This document shows positions 1-9,273 of a stretch of DNA of 64,000 nucleotides, piece by piece. The translations under genes and the position numbers were made by a program. The notes beneath the pieces were generated by a model. The model was not told the origin of the DNA. It worked only from the letters and a program-made list of their open reading frames with translations, and searched no databases. Positions within the stretch are counted from its first letter, which is position 1; the number at the start of each line of letters is the position of its first letter. This stretch comes from Spirochaetia bacterium (GTDB lineage: Bacteria; Spirochaetota; Spirochaetia; SZUA-6; Bin103): the NCBI GenBank assembly GCA_965208575.1, contig CBDBOV010000005.1:768001-832000 (forward strand), read 5' to 3'.

Positions 1-17
1 GAGGCCCGCTCGGCGAG

Positions 18-1616
18 TTGCGCCGTCTCGAGACCGTCCTGCTGTCGCGCACCGGAGACACCGCCGCCGCCGAGCGCAGCGCGCGCAACTACGTGGACCG
101 GTTCCCGGACGACATCTCCGCGCGCGTTGACCACATGCGGCTTCTGTACCGGCTCGAGTCGTGGCAGGAACTGCTGGTCTCCGCCGCCGCGCTCGGCGAG
201 AGAGTTCCCGATCTTCGCGTCCGCTCGCCGAAGGCATTCGTGCTCACCGCCTATCTGAAGGGGCTCGCGCACGTGGCGCGCGGCGAGCCGGGCGCGGCCG
301 CGGATGCGCTCGCCGCGGTGACCGCCGATCTTGCCGAGCGTCAGGGCCTCGGCGACATCGTGCCGTACGCGCTCTACTACCGTGCCGCCTCCCACTATCG
401 GCAAGGCTCGTATTCCACCGCGAGCGTGTTGCTCGCCGAGCTGGAGGACCAGTTCCGGGGACACGAACTGGAGTCTCGCGCCGCGTTCCTTGCCGGACAG
501 TCGGCGTTCAGCACCGGTTCATACCTGGAAGCGGCGGCGGCGTTCAGCCGCGCCGCCGACAGCAACCATCCGCGCGCCGCGCGCGCCGGCCTGTTCGCCG
601 GCCGCAGCCTTGCCAACAGCGGCGACCTGGGCGGCGCGGAGCGGCAGTATCGCAACGTCGCGGCGCGCTTTGGGCAGGCGCCGGAGGCCGCGGACGCGAC
701 CTTCGAGCTGGCCGGAGTGCTGGCGCTCGGCGGCCACCTGGAGGCGGCCACCCGCGCATACGGGGACGTGATGTTCAAGCACTCCGCGAGTGCGCTGGCG
801 GAAGACGCGGCATTCCGCCGAGCCGAACTCCTGCTGGAGCAGGATTCGACCGGCGCCGCCCGAGACGCGTTTGCCGCCTACCGCACGGAGTATCCCGACG
901 GCCGGTTTCGGGACGGTGCGCTCTACTGGGGCGGTGTAGCGGCCAACCGGGCGGGTGAACCGTTGCGTGCGATTCTGCTCTGGGAGTTGCTGATCGACGA
1001 GTTCGAGGACAGCACCTTCCGTGCCAACGCGCTCCTGCAGGTGGCCGAAGGGTACGCGGAGCAGTCCGAATACCAGCCGGCGGTTGCCTACCTCACCGAG
1101 CTGGTCGGCAGGTACGGCACCGAGCCGATCGGCAAGCTGGGCGCGGCGCGCCTTGAGGAGATGCGCTTGATAGCGTCCGGCGTGGACGAGGAAGAGGCGT
1201 CGCTGATGGCGGTGATCGGCGCCGGCGGAGTCGACACCCGCGAGGGCCGGGACGCGATGCTGGAGTTGGCGCGCATCTACGTCATCGACGTGGACCAGCC
1301 GCGCGCGCTGGCGCTCGCGATGCTCACCGACGTCGCCGGATACCGCCGCGACAAGGAGACGGCCGCCGAGGCCGAGTACCTGTTGGGCGAGTACCACCGC
1401 CGCACCGGCGAACTGGGGATGGCAATCGATCACTTTCTGGAGGCCGGCGTATTGGCGGAAACCGACCGGGAACTGATAGCGCGCTCGATGCTGCGCGCCG
1501 CCGAACTGCTTGAGCAGACCGGCAGGCGCCGTGAAGCCGCCACCCTGGTGCAGCGGCTGCAGGAGCAGTTCGCCGGTACCGACTGGGCGAAACGCGGAAC
1601 GGAGCTGCTTCGATGA
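18..1616 (+). CDS. Tetratricopeptide-repeat protein (YbgF/BamD-like repeats), 5'-partial
   Basis: Repeated TPR-like helices (A..A.Y..G....G.Y..A...F....YP); the frame is open upstream of position 18, so the true start is probably outside the window. Confidence 0.85.
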   Translation: MRRLETVLLSRTGDTAAAERSARNYVDRFPDDISARVDHMRLLYRLESWQELLVSAAALGERVPDLRVRSPKAFVLTAYLKGLAHVARGEPGAAADALAAVTADLAERQGLGDIVPYALYYRAASHYRQGSYSTASVLLAELEDQFRGHELESRAAFLAGQSAFSTGSYLEAAAAFSRAADSNHPRAARAGLFAGRSLANSGDLGGAERQYRNVAARFGQAPEAADATFELAGVLALGGHLEAATRAYGDVMFKHSASALAEDAAFRRAELLLEQDSTGAARDAFAAYRTEYPDGRFRDGALYWGGVAANRAGEPLRAILLWELLIDEFEDSTFRANALLQVAEGYAEQSEYQPAVAYLTELVGRYGTEPIGKLGAARLEEMRLIASGVDEEEASLMAVIGAGGVDTREGRDAMLELARIYVIDVDQPRALALAMLTDVAGYRRDKETAAEAEYLLGEYHRRTGELGMAIDHFLEAGVLAETDRELIARSMLRAAELLEQTGRRREAATLVQRLQEQFAGTDWAKRGTELLR

Positions 1617-3388
1617 GGTTGAGCACGATGGTGCGGAGAACAGGGAGCAGCCGGATCGTGGGCGGCGTGCTGGCATGGTTGGTGTTCGCGGGCGCTCCGC
1701 TGACCGAGGTGTGGGGTCAGCAGGATGTCGACGAGGTGGACGATGGCGACATTGTCCTGCCCACCGTCATTCTGGAGTTGGACGAACCCGCATCGGGCGG
1801 GCTCGAGGTCGCCCTGCCGATCGACATCCAGGTGCTGGCGCCGGAACGGTGGCCGCCGTTGCCGGAGGCGGGAGACCTGGACATCGACCTGAGAACGGCG
1901 GTGGCGGCACCCGACATCGACCTGGTGCCGTCCGCGGGCGACGACCCCGGCCACACCCTGGTGGCGGAGACGTTCGTCAGCATCGGCACTACCGTAGGCG
2001 GAGAGGAAACGACGCCGGGGCTGCCGCTGGCGCACTTCTCCAGCGGACTGTCGCTGATCGGCACCGGCCCGAGCAGTGACTTCTCGCTGTCGTTCGAGCA
2101 CCGCCTGCGTGACGGGGTCCGCGGCCAGATCAGTGCCGGCGAGGGCGCCAAGCTGCAGCGCTACGAACTGGACGGATCGGTGGGTCTGTCGGTCGGCGAG
2201 GGCGAGTTGAACGCCGATGCCAACGTCGTGAACGCCGAACATGGCTTCCAGGGTATGGACGAGGGAGTCGACCCGAGCGAGCGGCGCGACTCCGCAGAGT
2301 CCCAGATCGTGGCGGCCGGCGCCAACCTGCGCGTGCCGCTCGGCGGTCAGGTGGCGCTGATCCCGGCGCTGAGTGCACGCGCGGACGCGACCACGCTGAC
2401 CGGCAAGGAGCCGGTCACCCATTCCGAGCTGCAGGCTTCGCCGGAACTCGCCGTGGAGTGGAACACGTCGCTCGTGGACCTGTTGTTCAGCGCGCGCTAC
2501 CTGTTGCGCCGCTACACCGGACCCGACCAGTATCCGGGCTCCGAGACGGAGGAACGGCTGCGCCACACCGGCAACGCCGACCTCACCGGCCGCATCGAGC
2601 TCGGCGCGCAGATCGGTCTCGAACTGGCGCTCGGCTGGGCGTACCGCAGCGACCACGGCGACGAAGACGAGTTCGGCGGCCACCGCTTCGTGCCGCAGGC
2701 GACGATCAGCGGGACTCCCGCTTCGTGGTTCACGTTCCGACTCTCCGGCGGGTTCGAGGTACGCGAATTCGGCCTGGCCTCGGTTACGCACCGGTATCCC
2801 TACGTCGAGCCTGGCGCCGTGGTGGACGACGACGGCTGGTTCGGCTACGCGCGCGCCCAGTTCGGACTCGGCGAGCTCACCGGCTTGTCGGAGTTCACCG
2901 TGGCGGCATCTACCCGCCTGCAGGGGCTGTCCGCGCCCATCGTGCCGGACCCGGAGCCGAACGCGCGCAACCTGTACAACTTCACGCAGCCGCGCGACAC
3001 GGTGCTCATGAGCATCGTGCCGGGCCTCGGTCTCGGGCTGGGCTTCGGCGACACGCTGCACGTGCGAGCGCAGGTGAGCGGCGAGGTCGGGCACGAGTAC
3101 CTGCAGGCGGTCAACTTTCCCGTCCGGCTGCGCTCGGAGTTCGAGGTTGAAGCGCTCACCAGTGGCGGCGGACTCGGGATCCGGGTCGGTGCGGCGATGG
3201 ACTATATCGAGGAACTGGGCGGACAACTGCCGGAGCTCCAGGTCGAAGGACTGTGGCAGCAGGGCGCCGCGACCGTGACGGCAACGCTGTCCGACGTGCT
3301 GGAGCTGTTCGACGGGCCGCGCAAGGACTGGGAACCCTATCTGCGACCCGGCTTCGGCGCCGCGGTGCAGGTACACCTGGCGTTATGA
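1613..3388 (+). CDS. Putative outer-membrane beta-barrel / TonB-dependent-receptor-like protein
   Basis: N-terminal signal-like hydrophobic segment, many alternating amphipathic strands, C-terminal strand (FGAAVQVHLAL); ATGA overlap with the TPR gene; upstream of exbB-exbD-tonB. Confidence 0.55.
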   Translation: MRLSTMVRRTGSSRIVGGVLAWLVFAGAPLTEVWGQQDVDEVDDGDIVLPTVILELDEPASGGLEVALPIDIQVLAPERWPPLPEAGDLDIDLRTAVAAPDIDLVPSAGDDPGHTLVAETFVSIGTTVGGEETTPGLPLAHFSSGLSLIGTGPSSDFSLSFEHRLRDGVRGQISAGEGAKLQRYELDGSVGLSVGEGELNADANVVNAEHGFQGMDEGVDPSERRDSAESQIVAAGANLRVPLGGQVALIPALSARADATTLTGKEPVTHSELQASPELAVEWNTSLVDLLFSARYLLRRYTGPDQYPGSETEERLRHTGNADLTGRIELGAQIGLELALGWAYRSDHGDEDEFGGHRFVPQATISGTPASWFTFRLSGGFEVREFGLASVTHRYPYVEPGAVVDDDGWFGYARAQFGLGELTGLSEFTVAASTRLQGLSAPIVPDPEPNARNLYNFTQPRDTVLMSIVPGLGLGLGFGDTLHVRAQVSGEVGHEYLQAVNFPVRLRSEFEVEALTSGGGLGIRVGAAMDYIEELGGQLPELQVEGLWQQGAATVTATLSDVLELFDGPRKDWEPYLRPGFGAAVQVHLAL

Positions 3389-3524
3389 CGCCTTTTGTCA
3401 TGACGCCGTTGCGCGGCGGCGCCGTGCGCGCGGCTGCGCGGCGGTGCGGAAAAAACGGACCGCAGTTCCAGGAACGTTGTAGAACGGAGCCGAAGCGACC
3501 GAGCATTGAGGTGGAGGTCACATA

Positions 3525-4778
3525 GTGGTGGAAGGCATTTTTACGGAAGGCGCGGTACTGGAGTTCATCCAACTGCAACTGTTCGAGAAGGGCGGCCTGG
3601 TGATGCTGTTGATCGGCGTGCTGTCGATCATTGCCGCCGTCATCGTGATCGAGCGGCTGCTCTACTTCCGGGGGCGCGGCGCCGATGAGGAGAAACTCCT
3701 CAAGGGGCTGTCGGACACGCTTGAGAAGGGCCTCCTCGACCAGGCGAAGGGCGTCTGCGACCAGTTCCATACGCCGCTTGCGTCGCTGATTTCGGCCGGT
3801 ATCGCGCGCATCCACGAGCGCACGGAATCTGCGAAGGAGTTGCGCGAATATCTCCTGGAGACCGCAAGCCTGGAGATTCCGAAGGAGGAGCGATTTCTCT
3901 CCGCGCTCGGCACCATCGCCCACATCGCGCCCCTGCTGGGGTTGCTCGGTACGGTCACCGGCAACATCCGCGCGTTCGGCGTGCTCGGCGAACTCGGTGC
4001 GATAACCGATCCCGCGCTGCTGTCGCGCGGCATCTCGGAGGCGCTGTTGACCACGGCGGCCGGAATCATCGTGTCGATTCCCGCCATCATCTTCTACAAC
4101 TTCCTGGTCAACAAGGTGAACCACCGCATCATTCGGCTGGAGAGTCGTGCCGCCGAATTGGCGTCGCTGCTGATTGCCGCGAACAAGGCCGCCGGTTCGG
4201 TGTCGCGGGCGACCCACGATGGCAATGGTGCGTTCCATGGGACAACGGCATCCGCGGAGCCGAACGGCGCGCCGCCGCACGCTCCGGCCGCCGCCACGGT
4301 GGTCGAACATGCGCCCGCGCGCATCGCGCCCGTGCCCGTGCCCGCGCCCGCCGCCCCGGCGCAGGGCCATCCCGGCATGGTTCCCATCGTTGCCTCCGCC
4401 ATGACCGCGCCGGTCGGGGCGGCGCGGCCCGTACAGCCGACACAACAGGCACAACTGGCACAGCCGGCACAACCGGCACAGCCCGCACAGCCGGCACTGT
4501 CCCGGCCCGAACCGGCGCTGCACGTGCCGCCGGCGATGTCGCCCCAGGCAGGCCTGGCGCCACAACCGGCGCCGGCCTATGCGGTGCCGTCGCCGGTCGC
4601 CTCCGGCCACATCGGTGTGGTGGCTCCCACCCCGGCGCCGAACCACGTTGAGGCCGGGCCGGCACCCGCCGCGCCGGGCGTGCCGGGTCAGTTCGATGCG
4701 GTGGCGACCCACGGGCACGCGGTTCCGACGCGCGTCGTAGCGTTTCCGGCTCAAGTCGAGGCAGTGCCGGCGACATGA
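3525..4778 (+). CDS. exbB: MotA/TolQ/ExbB proton channel protein with long Pro/Ala/Gln-rich C-terminal tail
   Basis: Motifs IAHIAPLLGLLGTVTG and GISEALLTTAAGIIVSIPA; GGAGG RBS before GTG. Confidence 0.9.
   Translation: MVEGIFTEGAVLEFIQLQLFEKGGLVMLLIGVLSIIAAVIVIERLLYFRGRGADEEKLLKGLSDTLEKGLLDQAKGVCDQFHTPLASLISAGIARIHERTESAKELREYLLETASLEIPKEERFLSALGTIAHIAPLLGLLGTVTGNIRAFGVLGELGAITDPALLSRGISEALLTTAAGIIVSIPAIIFYNFLVNKVNHRIIRLESRAAELASLLIAANKAAGSVSRATHDGNGAFHGTTASAEPNGAPPHAPAAATVVEHAPARIAPVPVPAPAAPAQGHPGMVPIVASAMTAPVGAARPVQPTQQAQLAQPAQPAQPAQPALSRPEPALHVPPAMSPQAGLAPQPAPAYAVPSPVASGHIGVVAPTPAPNHVEAGPAPAAPGVPGQFDAVATHGHAVPTRVVAFPAQVEAVPAT
4432..4497 (+). repeat. Imperfect 9-bp tandem repeat encoding (QPA)n in the ExbB tail
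   Basis: CAGCCGGCA/CAACCGGCA/CAGCCCGCA units; protein QPTQQAQLAQPAQPAQPAQPA. Confidence 0.75.
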
Positions 4779-5206
4779 AGGAGCGGCGCGGCCTGAAGCC
4801 GCAGACCAGCGTGAACCTGATTCCGATGATCGACGTGGTGTTCCAGCTCGTGATCTTCTTCATGGTCTCCACCACCTTCAAGGTGGTACCCGGCATCGAA
4901 CTCGATCTGCCGGAGTCGCGCACGGCGGAGGCGGTTACGCTTACGCCGCTGGTGCTCTCCGTGGGCGGCCGCGACGAGATCTACGTCAACGACCTGGAGG
5001 TTACCCTCGGCGGCCTGGAAGGAGCACTGCGTGACGTCGTGGGCGGCGAACGCCCGCGGCCGAGCGAGCATCCGGTGATCGTGGAGGGGGACTCTTCGGT
5101 GCCCTACGACCTGATGGTGGATGTGCTTGACGTGTTGCGCGTGCTCGGCTTCGACGCCGCCAGCCTGCGCACCCGGGATCCGAACGCGCCCCGGTCCGGG
5201 GGGTAA
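4775..5206 (+). CDS. exbD: ExbD/TolR biopolymer transport protein
   Basis: VNLIPMIDVVFQLVIFFMV motif, LDLP, VIVEGDSSVPYDLMVDVLD. Confidence 0.93.
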   Translation: MKERRGLKPQTSVNLIPMIDVVFQLVIFFMVSTTFKVVPGIELDLPESRTAEAVTLTPLVLSVGGRDEIYVNDLEVTLGGLEGALRDVVGGERPRPSEHPVIVEGDSSVPYDLMVDVLDVLRVLGFDAASLRTRDPNAPRSGG

Positions 5207-6261
5207 TGACCACCACCGCGACGCTATACGACCCGCGCCTCAACGCGCGGCTGAAGAAGGCGCTGCTGATGGCGATGATTCTCCACGCGGTGATGTTTAT
5301 CGCCCTGGGGATTCGGGCCATCCTGGTGAATGAGGAGCCGCGAGGGCCGCTGACGGTGCAACTCGCGGACCCGCCGCCGAAGCCGAAGCCAAAGCCGCCG
5401 CCGGAACCTGCCAAGCCGGCGAAACCGGCGCCCAAGCAGGTGCAGAAGGCCGCCGACTCGACGCCCGCGCCGGCCAAGCCGGCTCCCAAGCCGGAGACGC
5501 AGCCGGCTCCCAAGCCGCCCCCCGCGGCGGCACCGGCGAAGCCGCTGCCCACGGCTCCCAAGACGACTTCCACGCCGAAACCGCAAGCGGCGGAAACTCC
5601 GGCGATCCCGAAGCCGGTCATCGCCAACCAGCCGCCGCCGCCGCCCGCCGTGTCACGCGAGGAAGCGGCCGCGTCGGCGCAGGCGCTGGCCCAGGCGGCG
5701 CTGCAGCAGTTGGCGCCCACGCCGAGCGCCGGCGAAAAGCCCACGTCGTTCGGATCACCGGTCGGACCGCTGGCCGATTCCGCGCCGGTTCCCGTGTCGT
5801 CGTCGAGCGAGGCCAATCTCGGGCGTACGGCGAACTCGGCGGGCTCGCGCGGGGCGACAGCCGACACGCTGGCGGCGCTCGACCAGTCGCTGGCGTCGGC
5901 GGCGAGTGCGGCGGACTCGGGCGGGTCGAACGGGCCCGGCGCCGGGGCCGGCGCTCCCGGCCTGGCCGGACAGGGATACGGCAGTGCCGGGGCGGGCGAC
6001 TTCGCCTGGGACGACCCCGGGGCCGGGTGCGAGGTAATCAAGAATCCCGATCCCGACACCGCCGGCATTGTGAACGAAGGCATGACCTACCACATCAAGG
6101 TACGCTTCCGCGTCGACTCGAGCGGCCTGGTCACCAGGGCGCAGATCACCGAGGGCAGCGGCAACAGCGCGCTTGATGCGGCGGTGTTGCGCGCCGCGGG
6201 AAGCATGAGCTTTGCCTGCAAGGCAGAGGCGCAAGGCGTCAAGTCGTACCGGGTGAGCTAG
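5206..6261 (+). CDS. tonB: TonB family energy transducer
   Basis: N-terminal TM helix with His (AMILHAVMF), Pro/Lys-rich linker, TonB C-terminal domain (VRFRVDSSGLV...GSGNSALDAAVLRA). Confidence 0.88.
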   Translation: MTTTATLYDPRLNARLKKALLMAMILHAVMFIALGIRAILVNEEPRGPLTVQLADPPPKPKPKPPPEPAKPAKPAPKQVQKAADSTPAPAKPAPKPETQPAPKPPPAAAPAKPLPTAPKTTSTPKPQAAETPAIPKPVIANQPPPPPAVSREEAAASAQALAQAALQQLAPTPSAGEKPTSFGSPVGPLADSAPVPVSSSSEANLGRTANSAGSRGATADTLAALDQSLASAASAADSGGSNGPGAGAGAPGLAGQGYGSAGAGDFAWDDPGAGCEVIKNPDPDTAGIVNEGMTYHIKVRFRVDSSGLVTRAQITEGSGNSALDAAVLRAAGSMSFACKAEAQGVKSYRVS

Positions 6262-6311
6262 CTGGCCCAGTCTGCTCGAGACAGCGCACGCACGGCAGCT
6301 CTCGGTGAACG

Positions 6312-7073
6312 GTGCTGCCGTGCTACCATGTTGACCGAGTGACTTGCCACACCGCTTCCGTGCCGGGCGCGACCCGCGCGGTGGTATTCGACATCGACGG
6401 CACGCTGTACCCGACGCGGCGCATCGCGTGGCGGTCGCTGCCGCTGATCGCCGGCAACCTCAGGCTGTTCTACGCCTTCGGCAAGGCTCGGCAGGCGTTG
6501 CGCCGAGAGGTGCCCGGCCCGGCATTGCGGCAGCGCCAGGCCGAGCTGGTGGCGCGGTCGCTCGGTATCGACGCGGCAGCAGCGGCGCGGCGCGTCGAGC
6601 AGGTGGTGTACCGGCAGTGGCCGCGCTGCTTCGCGCGCTTGCGCCCGTACGAGGGCGTGGTGGAGACCCTGGCCGCGTTGCGGCGCAAGGGCCTGCGCCT
6701 CGGCGTGGTGTCCGACTCGCCATTCACACGCGAGAAGCTCGCCGCTCTCGGTCTGCACGGCGGCTGGGACGCGGTGGTCAGCGCCGACGAGGCAGGCGCG
6801 TTGAAGCCCAATCCGGAGCCGTTCCTGCGCATCGCCCGGTTGCTCGGCGTGGCCCCGGGCGAGGTGCTGTTCGTGGGCAACAGCTACCGGCGCGACGTGA
6901 TCGGGGCGCACCACGCCGGCATGCGGGCGGCCCACTTCACCCGGCGTCCGGTGCGCGCCGGCGTGGCTGACGTGTCGTTCGCGCACTATCGGCGGTTTCC
7001 CTGCGTGGTGCCGGCGCGGCAGACCGCCGAGAATGCCGAGAGCGCAGAAAGTGCAGAGCGCCGCGAAGTTTGA
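6312..7073 (+). CDS. HAD family hydrolase
   Basis: VVFDIDGTLY motif I, KPNPEPF and FVGNSYRRDVIGA motifs; start uncertain. Confidence 0.85.
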   Translation: MLPCYHVDRVTCHTASVPGATRAVVFDIDGTLYPTRRIAWRSLPLIAGNLRLFYAFGKARQALRREVPGPALRQRQAELVARSLGIDAAAAARRVEQVVYRQWPRCFARLRPYEGVVETLAALRRKGLRLGVVSDSPFTREKLAALGLHGGWDAVVSADEAGALKPNPEPFLRIARLLGVAPGEVLFVGNSYRRDVIGAHHAGMRAAHFTRRPVRAGVADVSFAHYRRFPCVVPARQTAENAESAESAERREV

Positions 7074-7079
7074 CGAAGT

Positions 7080-7109
7080 TTGACAGTGGCGGCGCGCGCC
7101 GGCTACAAT
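7080..7109 (+). promoter_or_regulatory. Sigma70-type promoter
   Basis: TTGACA (7080-7085), 18-bp spacer, TACAAT (7104-7109), upstream of ATG 7167. Confidence 0.6.
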
Positions 7110-7166
7110 CGTAGCCAGCCGCGGCCCGTCAGTCCCTGCCGCGGCGCTACGGGAGGGGGACGCACC

Positions 7167-8291
7167 ATGCTCTTGTTGGGGAATCTGGCCACGTTGCTGG
7201 TTGTGGTGGCCATTCTCTTCGCCTACCGATATTTCGACCTCCGCAGCCGGTCGCTCGGAAAGACCAAGCGCTACGCTGACCGGATCGCGGGGCGCTTGGC
7301 CGAAACCATCGAGCAGAACACCTCCGCGGTCCATGACCTGGCAATCGAATTGCAGGTCAACCTCAAGACCGGCAAGGAGTTGCTCAAGCGCATCCGGGAC
7401 GTGGAAGACCATCTTGACGCGCGTACCGCCGAAGCGCAGCAGGTCGGCGAACGGATCGCCGGCCAGATGCGGACCGTCGATGCACTGACCGAACGCACCG
7501 GTGAGGTCGCGGTCGAGGTGCGGCGAGTCATGGCGGAGTGCAGCGCGACCGCGGCCGTCGAGGAACGGCTCGGCGCCATGAGCGGCGCGTGTTCCCGTCT
7601 GGAGCAGCGAATGGACGCCATCGCGTCGTCCGTGGACAGCGTAGCTGAGGAGATCGGCGAGGTGATGGCCGGCCGATCCGAACTGCCGGCGCTGCAGCAG
7701 CAACTGACGCACGCCGAACAGATGAGCGCCGAGGTAAGGCGGAAAGTCACCGAGTTGCGCAACCAGAGCCGGCACGTCGACGCATTGCAGGACAACCTGG
7801 CGACGATGGAGCAGTCGGTGGCGCGCCTGCAACCGGGGGTCGCTGAAGTCGCCGACACCGTGGCGCAACTGCAGCGCCAGGTGGAGGTGGCGGCCTCGGG
7901 TTCCGCCCGCGCACAGCAGGCAATCGAAGCGCTCGGCACGATCGACGCGGCGCTGGAGGAGATCGAGAGGCGCGCGGATCGATTGCAGGTTGCTCGCGAG
8001 TGGCTGGCGCGCACCGAGACCCGGTTGGCCGAGATCAGCGCCGGCGCGCAGGACCAACTGCGGTTGCTGGAGACCGTGCTCAAGGCGGAACGCGGCAACT
8101 CGCCGGACGAGGCAGGCGCCGCGGCGATGGGAACTCGTGCGATGGTGGTCAAACTGGCCGGGCAGGGATGGTCGGTGCCGGAGATATCGCGCGCCACGCG
8201 GCTCAGCCTCGGCGAGGTGGAGCTGACCCTCGAAGTAAGCACTGCCGGGGTCAAAGCCGACCGCGGCAACGGCGTCGCAGGACCGTCCTGA
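7167..8291 (+). CDS. Spirochaete coiled-coil protein (SpiroCoCo-like), short form, with C-terminal HTH
   Basis: N-terminal TM followed by YRYFDLRSRSLGKTKRYAD, heptad coiled coil, C-terminal AREWLARTETRL...VVKLAGQGWSVPEISRATRLSLGEVELTLE; GGAGG RBS. Confidence 0.7.
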   Translation: MLLLGNLATLLVVVAILFAYRYFDLRSRSLGKTKRYADRIAGRLAETIEQNTSAVHDLAIELQVNLKTGKELLKRIRDVEDHLDARTAEAQQVGERIAGQMRTVDALTERTGEVAVEVRRVMAECSATAAVEERLGAMSGACSRLEQRMDAIASSVDSVAEEIGEVMAGRSELPALQQQLTHAEQMSAEVRRKVTELRNQSRHVDALQDNLATMEQSVARLQPGVAEVADTVAQLQRQVEVAASGSARAQQAIEALGTIDAALEEIERRADRLQVAREWLARTETRLAEISAGAQDQLRLLETVLKAERGNSPDEAGAAAMGTRAMVVKLAGQGWSVPEISRATRLSLGEVELTLEVSTAGVKADRGNGVAGPS

Positions 8292-8425
8292 CGGCGCCTG
8301 CCGGCACCGCGTACCCGTCCCCGTGACGGGGGAAAGTCCTTGACCGCGGCAAAATCCGGTTATTAAGTTAGCGGCGGGTTGCGGCCTGGGGTCGCGCAAT
8401 CGGCGCCACTCATCGTACGCACAAT

Positions 8426-9247
8426 ATGAAGAAGAATCGCACGGGAAACGGCTCCGACCGTGGTCGATCAGGCAGAGCGCAGCGCGGCGGCGACGGCAAC
8501 CGCCGGTCGGCTGCCGAGAGCGGCGCGCCGGCGGCTGCCGAGTCCCCCGCCCGGGCACCGGAAGCAGTGCATCCGCAGGCCGCCTCGAATGGCGTCGATT
8601 GCGCTCCTGAAGGCGATGGAGGCCACCCACACGGCACCGCCGGCGGCCACTCCTCGGACCTGAAACAGGACGACGAGCCGGTTACGGGCGACACGCTCGA
8701 TGATGGTGCCGGGGATGTTGCGGCTACCGATTCGGGGTCCGATCAGGTCGCCGACCTGAGCGCCGAGATCGCCCGGCTTCGCGACGATTTGTTGCGCAAA
8801 CAAGCGGATTTCGAAAACTCTCGCAAGCGTTTGATTCGAGACAAGGAAGAGGCGATCAGGTTTGCCAATGACGCTCTTCTGCTCGATCTTACCGGCATTC
8901 TCGACGACTTCGGGCGCGCCATTTCAGCCTCCGAAAATAGCCAGGATTTCAGCACGCTGCACAGCGGCATCGAACTGATCGAGAAGCAGCTCCTCGCGAC
9001 ATTGGAACGCAAGTGGGGGTTGAGCCGGTTCGACTCCGCGGGGCAACCGTTCGACCCCGAGCGCCACGAGGCACTCGCCACCGAGCCGTCCACGGAATAC
9101 CGCGAAGCCACCGTACTCGAAGACTACCAGAAAGGGTATGTGCTGCACGGCCGCGTTATTCGCGCGGCGCGGGTGCGGGTCGCCACCCCGGTGGAGGAGC
9201 CGCGCGATGCGCCCGATGGCCAGGCCGGTTCCGGTCGATCGGCGTAA
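8426..9247 (+). CDS. grpE: Nucleotide exchange factor GrpE
   Basis: LRKQADFENSRKR, FDPERHEA, YQKGYVLHGRVIRAARVRV; long disordered N-terminus. Confidence 0.96.
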   Translation: MKKNRTGNGSDRGRSGRAQRGGDGNRRSAAESGAPAAAESPARAPEAVHPQAASNGVDCAPEGDGGHPHGTAGGHSSDLKQDDEPVTGDTLDDGAGDVAATDSGSDQVADLSAEIARLRDDLLRKQADFENSRKRLIRDKEEAIRFANDALLLDLTGILDDFGRAISASENSQDFSTLHSGIELIEKQLLATLERKWGLSRFDSAGQPFDPERHEALATEPSTEYREATVLEDYQKGYVLHGRVIRAARVRVATPVEEPRDAPDGQAGSGRSA

Positions 9248-9273
9248 CCGCGAGGAAGGAGCAATAGGAAACT

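Noticed and set aside
8316-8420. Possible CIRCE or heat-shock element before grpE
   Set aside because: No CIRCE inverted repeat; only a TTGACC hexamer with an ambiguous -10
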